DNA of 64,000 bases, taken from IMG/VR virus record IMGVR_UViG_3300046131_000022, positions 9,146 to 73,145 of that record; one strand, 5' to 3'. A program made the translations under genes and the position numbers. This DNA comes from a virus. Lineage: Duplodnaviria > Caudoviricetes. This document shows positions 27,019 to 34,350 of this stretch, piece by piece. Position 1 is the first letter of the stretch; every line of letters begins with the position of its first letter. The notes below the pieces were generated by a model that saw only the letters and a list, made by a program, of their open reading frames with translations, was not told the origin of the DNA and did not search any database.

Positions 27019-27759
27019 ATGTCTAAAAAAACACGTATTGACTTCCAAAAATGGTTAATAGCTAAAGGTTGTTTTATAGGTAACTCTGGAGCAGACGGAA
27101 CCATTGGTAAAGAAACTAAACAAGCTACATACAATATTTTTTTTGAATTGAAAGCAAAAGCAATCACAAACCAAGAATTGGAAAAAATTGCACAAACCAT
27201 CGGTGACACAACAGGAACAGCTCGTATTCGTGCTGTTGCAGAAGTGGAGTCAAACGGTGGCGGTTGGTTAAATTCAGGACATGTAAAAATATTGTATGAA
27301 CGTCACAAGTTTTGGAAATACAATGATGATAGTTCAGCCCCAAAATCTACTTTCTTTAATTACCCAGAAGGGGGGAATTACACTATAGATGCCAACAACA
27401 ACGATATAAACGATTCATGGGAAAAGTTATTAAGAGCCTGTGAATATGATCCTATGGGTGCATTTATGTCCGTTTCTATGGGTAAATTTCAAGTAATGGG
27501 TTTCCATTATAAGGATATGGGTTTTGAAACACCTTGGGACATGATGTTTTCTCTAGTTTCTAATGAGTTTAATCACTACCAATTATTGGCTAAATTTATT
27601 CAAAATAACAATTTAAAAAATGCTTTCTTGAAAATAAATGCAGACTCAGAAAATTGTCGGGCTTTCGCTAAAGGTTATAATGGTAGCGGTTATACCAGAA
27701 ATCATTATCATATTAAAATCGCCTTGGCATTTTTAAAATTTAAAAAGGCAGGTTACTAA
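27019..27759 (+). CDS. Endolysin, N-acetylmuramidase (DUF3380-like) with N-terminal peptidoglycan-binding segment
   Basis: FQKWL..G....ADG.IG.ET; AVAEVES, ILYERHKF, SMGKFQVMGFHY, FAKGYNG; ATG 27019 has the GAGGA RBS. Confidence 0.88.
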   Translation: MSKKTRIDFQKWLIAKGCFIGNSGADGTIGKETKQATYNIFFELKAKAITNQELEKIAQTIGDTTGTARIRAVAEVESNGGGWLNSGHVKILYERHKFWKYNDDSSAPKSTFFNYPEGGNYTIDANNNDINDSWEKLLRACEYDPMGAFMSVSMGKFQVMGFHYKDMGFETPWDMMFSLVSNEFNHYQLLAKFIQNNNLKNAFLKINADSENCRAFAKGYNGSGYTRNHYHIKIALAFLKFKKAGY

Positions 27760-27807
27760 ATGAAAAGTATTTTTTACTTTGAACTGGAAGGTTGGGACGA
27801 TTAAATT

Positions 27808-27918
27808 ATGAACAAACGAGAGGTTTTAGTTGATGTAGCTAAGGCTTTGATTCAATTAAGTATTTATTTGATTGATAAGCGACAAAAACGCAAAGAGGAA
27901 AAAGAAAATGAAAAGTAG
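27808..27918 (+). CDS. 36-aa amphipathic/cationic peptide (not in ORF track)
   Basis: MNKREVLVDVAKALIQLSIYLIDKRQKRKEEKENEK directly after endolysin. Confidence 0.4.
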   Translation: MNKREVLVDVAKALIQLSIYLIDKRQKRKEEKENEK

Positions 27919-27920
27919 TG

Positions 27921-27949
27921 TTGACGAACGTTGGGACTTATAATAATCT
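27921..27949 (+). promoter_or_regulatory. Sigma70-type promoter of the ncRNA/tRNA operon
   Basis: TTGACG-17 bp-TAATCT. Confidence 0.7.
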
Positions 27950-27962
27950 TAGTCTCATGAAG

Positions 27963-28266
27963 TCGAACTACTGAGAAATCAGTAGTTCGATTTTCTTAGC
28001 CAAAGTTTAATTATCCCTCAGAAATTGAATTTTGGACTAAGAAAATCACCAATGAGTAGAAAAGCCCGAATCCCTATATGGTTAAGACTTTCTACAATAG
28101 TCTGTGGATACCAGCTTGGTAACAAGTAACGCCTGTTTGGGGACTGCATACAAACCAAATCAGCAAGTAAGTGAAAAGCTTACAAGTGATTTTCTTATAA
28201 CTTTGAAACACCTACTGACCGAGTAAAAGTAAAGTCAAATCTTTATTGTTGAATGGAGGTAGGTGT
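27963..28266 (+). ncRNA. Structured ncRNA module(s) A/B, family unknown
   Basis: 12-bp GAAA hairpin 27963-90; 12-bp helix 28038-49/28186-97 closing four internal hairpins incl. CTTG-GTAA-CAAG; 9-bp helix 28208-16/28258-66; no ORF. Confidence 0.55.
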
Positions 28267-28280
28267 GGATAAGAAAGTTT

Positions 28281-28438
28281 ATTTAGGGAAGCAAACAAAG
28301 TGGCGCAAACCACACAACATTGGTCATGAACAAGTTGTGCAGGGAGCAAAATGGCGGTAGCTAAATTGGTTAAAGCAGCCGAGCCATTCGGAAGATTATT
28401 GGTTCAAATCCAATCTGCACCGTTTGTTTCACCTAAGT
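28281..28438 (+). ncRNA. Structured RNA containing a tRNA-like domain
   Basis: 16-bp closing helix; inside, D arm, anticodon arm with 5-nt loop GCCAT, T arm ATTGG-TTCAAAT-CCAAT, 4-bp acceptor remnant. Confidence 0.6.
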
Positions 28439-28498
28439 AATTTGATTATTTAATAAATTAATTTAAAAATAATTAATTTAACTGATTCAAGTAGCTTA

Positions 28499-28826
28499 AA
28501 TAAACAATCAAAAGTTGTTTATTCAAAGTGAAGAATGACAATAACCTAATAAGTCGTTAAAAGGTAGTTGGTGACTTAATCACTGTCGCAGAACTGGACC
28601 CAAATAAAAGTCTGACTTTTATTTCTGTTGACAAGCTTTGAACCGAGCTTTGATTGCGTAATACAATCAGAAAGTTTCCTAATCAGTTACTAGGTTCAAA
28701 CATAAGCTTGTAATTTATTGGCAAAATAACTTGGGTAAGACCAAGGGGTACAAACGAGTTGCAACTCGCTTGGAGCAGAAAAATCTACAACCATGCCAAG
28801 GTTGGTAAATTACAAGACTTATGTTT
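28499..28826 (+). ncRNA. Structured ncRNA module E, family unknown
   Basis: 20-bp helix 28698-717/28806-26 (one bulge) closing a junction; further helices at 28499-523, 28602-24 and 28631-711. Confidence 0.55.
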
Positions 28827-28828
28827 AT

Positions 28829-28904
28829 TGCTTCATAGCTCAGTTGGTAGAGCAACGGACTGTTAATCCGTGGGTCACACGTTCGAACCGTGTTGAAGCA
28901 GCCA
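28829..28904 (+). tRNA. tRNA-Asn (GTT)
   Basis: Full cloverleaf TGCTTCA/TGAAGCA, loop CT-GTT-AA, TTCGAAC, encoded CCA. Confidence 0.95.
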
Positions 28905-29063
28905 TTTACTTAGAGAAGAAATCTGGAAAGTACGACGGTACGTTAAACAACATAAACTAGGACATGAGCGAGGTTCAAACCCTCAACATTTGGTTATGGC
29001 GTTCCGAAAACTGCAGATTGTTTGTGTTGAATATTTATTCTCAGATTTCTTCGTCTAAGTAAA
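28905..29063 (+). ncRNA. 159-nt rod-like ncRNA filling the Asn-CAT tRNA spacer
   Basis: 21-bp Watson-Crick terminal helix with one bulge; inner 10-bp helix; T-loop hairpin GAGG-TTCAAAC-CCTC. Confidence 0.65.
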
Positions 29064-29140
29064 TTTCCTATAGCTCAGTTGGTCAGAGCAGCGGACTCAT
29101 AATTCGTTGGTCACAGGTTCAAGTCCTGTTGGGGAAACCA
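29064..29140 (+). tRNA. tRNA-CAT (Ile2-like or elongator Met)
   Basis: Cloverleaf, loop CT-CAT-AA, CCA; C4:G69 and C5:G68 as in TilS substrates; lacks initiator GGG/CCC. Confidence 0.85.
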
Positions 29141-29147
29141 CTTAAAA

Positions 29148-29224
29148 GGCTCTGTAGCTCAGTTGGATAGAGCATCCGCCTTCTAAGCGGATGGTCACAG
29201 GTTCAAGTCCTGTCAGGGTCGCCA
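29148..29224 (+). tRNA. tRNA-Arg (TCT)
   Basis: Cloverleaf GGCTCTG/CAGGGTC, loop CT-TCT-AA, CCA. Confidence 0.95.
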
Positions 29225-29235
29225 TTTTTACTTTT

Positions 29236-29311
29236 GCTCGAATAGCTCAGTTGGTAGAGCAGTAACCCGATAAGTTATTGGTCACAGGTTCAAGTCCTGT
29301 AGGTAGTACCA
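29236..29311 (+). pseudogene. Degenerate tRNA-Ile (GAT)
   Basis: Intact D, anticodon and T arms and CCA, but acceptor pairs 4-7 mismatched (CGAA vs AGGT) and C at position 33. Confidence 0.7.
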
Positions 29312-29319
29312 AATTTTAG

Positions 29320-29346
29320 AAGTCCGTTAATTCGGGCTTATTTTTT
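29320..29346 (+). terminator. Terminator of the ncRNA/tRNA operon
   Basis: AAGTCCG-TTAATT-CGGGCTT then ATTTTTT. Confidence 0.65.
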
Positions 29347-29363
29347 AACTGAAGGAAACCAAA

Positions 29364-29840
29364 ATGAAAGAGAACTCTAATCTAACTGTAGTATTTTCAC
29401 CAGAAGCTATTGCCAATCAAATAGCCAACCACTTAATACAATTTGAGGAAAATATAAAAAAGTTTGGTGTTTCTAAAATATTGGAACCAACGAGAAAATT
29501 GTTTGAGCAAAGAACAGCACCCCTATTTGCTGAAACAGTAATTGAGAATATGGAAGAAAATATGTGGGACCCTGAAAGCCCAGATTCCGAACAAGTGAAA
29601 AAGTTACAAAACTCAGCCATTTTCTCAGCCCTGTCAAACAACAACTTAGTGTTAGCCGAGCACTTAGAAAAGAATGTTTGCTTCATTACTGTTCAACAAG
29701 AACTTAAAAAATATTTGGAACAATGTAATTTCAACAAACAAATTTATGGTGAATACTTAAATGAGTTGAAAAAAATCATTCAAGAAGTTAAACTGCGATT
29801 TAACTTAGTTCAAGATCAAGGCAATTTTTTCTTGAATTAA
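29364..29840 (+). CDS. Hypothetical helical protein
   Basis: 158 aa, AAGGA RBS. Confidence 0.7.
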   Translation: MKENSNLTVVFSPEAIANQIANHLIQFEENIKKFGVSKILEPTRKLFEQRTAPLFAETVIENMEENMWDPESPDSEQVKKLQNSAIFSALSNNNLVLAEHLEKNVCFITVQQELKKYLEQCNFNKQIYGEYLNELKKIIQEVKLRFNLVQDQGNFFLN

Positions 29841-29844
29841 TTGT

Positions 29845-30190
29845 GAGTCACATATCTCAAATCCTGTTGTGTTCTACTCCTTAGCTCAAAAGTGAACACA
29901 TGGTTATTAAGACATTTGAGCAGGGCTTGTTTATTAGTTTGAGAGTGCTTTTAAACAAAGAATAATATGTGAGTTGTGGAATAAGTCGGACTTGAGCAAG
30001 TGTTATTGAATTATCTCTGACTAATTTAATAACAAACTTATTTCAGTAGTTTTAAAATTGCAGTTTTAAAAGCTACCAAGAGGGTCTATCCTTGCAATAA
30101 GAATATAGACATAAATCCATCGTTGCCTAGATGGATTTTTTAGTTTAAGCTGAACCAAAAGTGGACAATGTTAAAACATTGTCCTTTTTG
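29845..30190 (+). ncRNA. Hairpin-dense intergenic region with two tandem terminators; candidate ncRNA
   Basis: Helices 29848-55/29965-72, 29868-74/29894-900, 30001-13/30022-34, 30046-76, 30084-110; terminators 30113-42 and 30163-89. Confidence 0.4.
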
Positions 30191-30225
30191 TTTACCTAAA
30201 CACATGGAAAAGAGGAAACTAAATT

Positions 30226-32808
30226 ATGGGTTTTTCTTACACTAACCCGATACAAAACATTCTCGTTGACAGATCTAACATTGATGAATGGGATTCTTTT
30301 TTTGTTGAGCAGTTTAAAATCAATCAAAACTTCTGTGGTTATGATATTGAAACAAGCCAACGTGACGCTCATGAAGGGATTAAGAAACTCTTAAAAATTG
30401 ACAACGACGGTTTCAGCCATGGTAAAAAATTAATTTTCGATTTTAAAAGAAGCAAAATCACAGGGGCTTCTTTTTACTTTGGGCATCAAGCAGGTGACAA
30501 AGCTTTTTATGTTAACTTCGGACATGCCGATGAGGAAAACACCATCAGCACATCCTACCTTTGGAAATGGATGGATTTAGCGAAACAGAATAATGTGAAT
30601 TTAATTATTCACAATAGACAGTACGAGCATTCGGTTCATTTAGGCTCTTATGGTTACACGCTGCCAAACGCTTTTTGCTCAATGCAATTGGCTGTTACAG
30701 CATATAACCCAGATGAGTATAAAAAATCACACTTAATTAATGCTGTACTGCAAGGTGTTCGACCACTTATTCCAGAAATTGAACGATTATTTACCAACGT
30801 TGAAAAAGGTTCTTTAACCTTTAAACAAGACGAACTATTAGGTAAATTTTGTGCAAAGTCTGGGACAGCGACTCATTCTTATGAAGGTATTGTTAAATCA
30901 ATCTCTTATGGTTACGGTTTGAAAAAAGCAACCAAATCTTGGTTTGGTCATCAAATGCTTGAGTTCAAAGACACATTAGGTGATGAACCAGATATGGAAG
31001 CCCTTACAGGGGCACAAGTTCTTGCCTACGGTGCTGACGATGCTGTTTGGGCTTACAGATTGTTTTTTAGATTATACAGCCACCTTCAATCAGTGAACCC
31101 AAAAGCACTACAAACCTACTTAGCTGTTGAAAACCCAATCACAAAGATCTTTTCTGAAACAACTGTAGGTGGGATGAAGGTAAATAAACCCGAAATCCTG
31201 AAGCGACAAACAACCATGCGAGGAACCGTCGCTGAGAACTTGATTGAATTTAAAAAAGAGCTGCGTAAGATTTTTCCGTCTGAACTGCCACCGATGCACG
31301 AAAAACTGTTGAAATACGAAAAATGGTATAAAGAAGCATCCCATTTGAAATATTTTAACCAAGTAAAAAATTGGTTAGAAACACCCGATGATTTGAGTGA
31401 GTATCAAACATGTATTCAAGTGAAAAACTCAACAGGTAATGCATGGTATCAGGAAAATACAGGGTCAACCAAACATCCACCAATGGCTCAATTATCCATA
31501 AACCATTACATGGCTATGCGATTCATTTTATTTGTGATTTGCGATTTACCATGTAAAGCTAACGGAGGGAAGATCCAGTCGGATAAAGATGCCAGAGCTG
31601 AAATGCTTTCTGAAATCCCCGAAGATCATAAAGGTCGAAGAATTGTGGAGCTATATGCCAAATTAGGTTCTGCAGAACAAGCCTTTAAACTATATATTAC
31701 ACCTTATTTATTTTTGGTTGACCCCGAATCTGGTTTGATGCACCCAATCATGACAAGTATGTTGGCAACCCGAAGAACAAGTTGTTCCAACCCCAACGGA
31801 CAACAACTTGCCAAACGTGGTGAATCTGTCTTCGTCCGTGGCTTTTTCCAAGCCGATGACCCCGACAGTTTAATTGTCTCAGCCGATTGGTCTGCTATTG
31901 AACTTGTAGCGATTGCTGCAAACAGTCAAGATCCAGAGTTTTTGGAAGCTTATAAACAACGACCACATGCTGATTTACATAGTAAGGCTGCAGCAGGTGT
32001 TATGGGTTTATCAGTGGAAGATTTCTCCCAACTGGAAGATAAGAAAACACACCGTACCGTTCTAGGTAAAGGTGCTAACTTTGAATACTGGTACTCAGGT
32101 TGGTTAATGAACACAGCTAAACGAATGGGTTGGTCAATGGAACAAACTGCAGAAGCGGTAAAAGGCTACGCCAACACATTTAAAGTTGCTGAACAGTGGC
32201 GACAAAATGTTATTAATGAGATTCAACAACGAGGGGTTATTCAACTCCCAGATGGTTTGACTCGTGTTCGTTTTGAAGCGACAGAAGAATGGTCTGAAAT
32301 GATGTGGGAAGCTTTTTCAAGCTTTGGCTCAGATGCAGTGTTGAATTTTGCAAGAGAAGCTATGCGGAGGATTCAGCGAAGATCCTTCAACCAAGCGGTG
32401 AATTTCGCCATTCAGGGTCTTTGTGCAGGTTTGGCAAAGAGAACTATTTTGAGAACGGTAGAAGAATCTAAAAAAGCTGAATTTAAAGCTCGTTTTATGT
32501 TGCTTATTCACGACGAGTTATTATTCTCTGTACCTAGAAAGGAAGTCGCTGCTTTCTGTGATTTCTTATATGAGCAAATGATTCAAGATACTGATTTATT
32601 ACCAGGTGTGGCTATTGATAGTTCTGTTGCTATCGGCTATACCTTCCAACCTTTTGATAAAGACTCAGCCCCTTATGGTCAAATTGAGTTGATGGAAATC
32701 CAAAAAGGGGTTCCTTGTGTACCTAAAGAAGCTTGGGAGACTAAGGCTACACCAGTATTGCGAGATAATATTATCAATTATCTAACAATTTGTAGAATGG
32801 CTGCTTAA
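30226..32808 (+). CDS. polA: DNA polymerase, family A, with 3'-5' exonuclease
   Basis: ExoI YDIET, ExoIII YGADD, motif A ADWSAIEL, motif B R...GKGANF..Y, motif C IHDEL; GAGGA RBS. Confidence 0.93.
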   Translation: MGFSYTNPIQNILVDRSNIDEWDSFFVEQFKINQNFCGYDIETSQRDAHEGIKKLLKIDNDGFSHGKKLIFDFKRSKITGASFYFGHQAGDKAFYVNFGHADEENTISTSYLWKWMDLAKQNNVNLIIHNRQYEHSVHLGSYGYTLPNAFCSMQLAVTAYNPDEYKKSHLINAVLQGVRPLIPEIERLFTNVEKGSLTFKQDELLGKFCAKSGTATHSYEGIVKSISYGYGLKKATKSWFGHQMLEFKDTLGDEPDMEALTGAQVLAYGADDAVWAYRLFFRLYSHLQSVNPKALQTYLAVENPITKIFSETTVGGMKVNKPEILKRQTTMRGTVAENLIEFKKELRKIFPSELPPMHEKLLKYEKWYKEASHLKYFNQVKNWLETPDDLSEYQTCIQVKNSTGNAWYQENTGSTKHPPMAQLSINHYMAMRFILFVICDLPCKANGGKIQSDKDARAEMLSEIPEDHKGRRIVELYAKLGSAEQAFKLYITPYLFLVDPESGLMHPIMTSMLATRRTSCSNPNGQQLAKRGESVFVRGFFQADDPDSLIVSADWSAIELVAIAANSQDPEFLEAYKQRPHADLHSKAAAGVMGLSVEDFSQLEDKKTHRTVLGKGANFEYWYSGWLMNTAKRMGWSMEQTAEAVKGYANTFKVAEQWRQNVINEIQQRGVIQLPDGLTRVRFEATEEWSEMMWEAFSSFGSDAVLNFAREAMRRIQRRSFNQAVNFAIQGLCAGLAKRTILRTVEESKKAEFKARFMLLIHDELLFSVPRKEVAAFCDFLYEQMIQDTDLLPGVAIDSSVAIGYTFQPFDKDSAPYGQIELMEIQKGVPCVPKEAWETKATPVLRDNIINYLTICRMAA

Positions 32809-32813
32809 TAAAC

Positions 32814-32842
32814 TTGTCAAATTCTATAGGTTGTGTTAATTT
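32814..32842 (+). promoter_or_regulatory. Sigma70-type promoter followed by terminator-like hairpin
   Basis: TTGTCA-17 bp-TAATTT with TG extension; CCCACGTT/AACGTGGG plus T run at 32860-88. Confidence 0.6.
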
Positions 32843-32913
32843 TATTTCAGCCCTTAAAACCCACGTTTAAATTAACGTGGGATTTTTTATAGTTAAATTT
32901 TATTAGGTGTTTT

Positions 32914-33129
32914 ATGTCTGAACGTGAAGATGAGCTTGAACAGCAAGCGATAGAGATTAATTTTCAACAAGCAATGAATAATGTAAAAAAACAAAATTTA
33001 CGTTTACAATCAAATGGGTTTTGCCACAATTGCGAAGAAAATGTTGATGCAGGTCAAGTTTTTTGCGACATAGATTGTCGTGACGATTACGAAAAACGTA
33101 AAAAAGCAGAATCACAAAGACTCTATTGA
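32914..33129 (+). CDS. TraR/DksA-like C4 zinc-finger protein
   Basis: Acidic N-terminal helix (EREDELEQQ) then CHNC...FCDIDCRDDYE. Confidence 0.55.
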   Translation: MSEREDELEQQAIEINFQQAMNNVKKQNLRLQSNGFCHNCEENVDAGQVFCDIDCRDDYEKRKKAESQRLY

Positions 33130-33138
33130 GGAACCAAA

Positions 33139-33597
33139 ATGGCTTCGGGAAAGGCAACCGAATTAAAAACCTGCCAGATGTTGAGGGAATACTATAAAAC
33201 AGCAGCTTCAATTCAGCGACTACCTGATAAATTTGACACAGGTAAATTTGAAGATGTTAGACCAAGTGATTTTTTGATTGTTTTAAACAGAACTTCAGTC
33301 AAAGTAGGTGAAGCAACTACTTATTTTGTTGAGTGTAAAGAGTCAGAAAAACCCAAGACAAGCTACTCTATCTCTGGAACTTTTCGTAAAGGTCAAGTTC
33401 AAGGCATGATTAGAGCTGTGCAGTTGAAAATACCTTATTTTGTTGTGTTTAATATTTTAAGCACACAAGAAATTTTCTTAGTTCCAAGTATTGAAATTTT
33501 AAAGTGTTTGAACGAAGGAAAAAAGTCGATCTCGATGGAGATCATTAAAAACCACACATGGCTACAAGGAAATCTTTATGACTACTATCTCAAATGA
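33139..33597 (+). CDS. Holliday junction resolvase-like PD-(D/E)XK nuclease (RecU-like)
   Basis: PSDF...FVECKE, then Q..M...Y.V.F pattern. Confidence 0.75.
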   Translation: MASGKATELKTCQMLREYYKTAASIQRLPDKFDTGKFEDVRPSDFLIVLNRTSVKVGEATTYFVECKESEKPKTSYSISGTFRKGQVQGMIRAVQLKIPYFVVFNILSTQEIFLVPSIEILKCLNEGKKSISMEIIKNHTWLQGNLYDYYLK

Positions 33598-34288
33598 AAA
33601 ACAATATCGCCATTTTATGGTTGACTGTGAAACTTTAGGAACACTACCAAACAGAAATCCTGTTTTACAAATAGCTGTTGTGCATTTCAATCCAGAAAGT
33701 TTTGATGCTTTAGAATCTTTTGAATGTTTTCTACCTTTGGCTGAGCAGTTAAAAATGCAGCGTATACCAGACCAAGGCACGGTCAATTGGTGGAAAAAGC
33801 AAGATCCGAAAGTGTCAGAAGTAATTTTCGGTGGTGTAGCAAAAGCTCCACCTTTGAAAAATCAATTAGAAGAATTATCTAATTGGATTGCAAGCAGTTG
33901 TAAACTAGACAATGGTTTTGCAGAATCAGTTTTCTGGGCTAAACCTGCAGCATTCGACTACCCTTTTATTGATGGATTATTTGTGGAGTCAGGCATTCCA
34001 AGTCCTTTTCACTTCCGTAAAGTTGTCGATATACAATCTTATATTATTGGTGCATTCAAACAAACGCATTATGTTTTAAACCATTATCAGGCGACACATC
34101 ATGCTTGTGTAGAATCTTATTGGGCTTGCTTTGAAGAAACTAAGAGAAAGTTGAAAGGTCGAGATAACGCACATAACGCTGCTGCAGACTGCTTATTTCA
34201 ACTTGAATGGTTAAAGGAAGCTATTGTGAACTGCACTCAGTATATGAGTGAGGAAGGTCTTAAAAAGACTTTGAATCGCAAAAATTAA
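33578..34288 (+). CDS. DEDDh 3'-5' exonuclease (Rv2179c-like)
   Basis: VDCETLG, WAKP..FDYPF, HNAAADC motifs. Confidence 0.85.
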   Translation: MTTISNEKQYRHFMVDCETLGTLPNRNPVLQIAVVHFNPESFDALESFECFLPLAEQLKMQRIPDQGTVNWWKKQDPKVSEVIFGGVAKAPPLKNQLEELSNWIASSCKLDNGFAESVFWAKPAAFDYPFIDGLFVESGIPSPFHFRKVVDIQSYIIGAFKQTHYVLNHYQATHHACVESYWACFEETKRKLKGRDNAHNAAADCLFQLEWLKEAIVNCTQYMSEEGLKKTLNRKN

Positions 34289-34350
34289 TTTAAATAAAAT
34301 CAACCATTTGTTTTGGAAGTTAACCTAACACAAACTAAGGAAAATAAACC

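Noticed and set aside
28628-28660. TTGACA inside the ncRNA region as an internal promoter
   Set aside because: No -10-like hexamer at 16-18 bp spacing; the bases take part in predicted helices.
27960-29063. tmRNA, RNase P, 6S or self-splicing intron identity for the structured RNAs
   Set aside because: No tag ORF or GGGG...CCACCA ends, no RNase P P4 signature, no group I/II core motifs recognised by eye; left unassigned.
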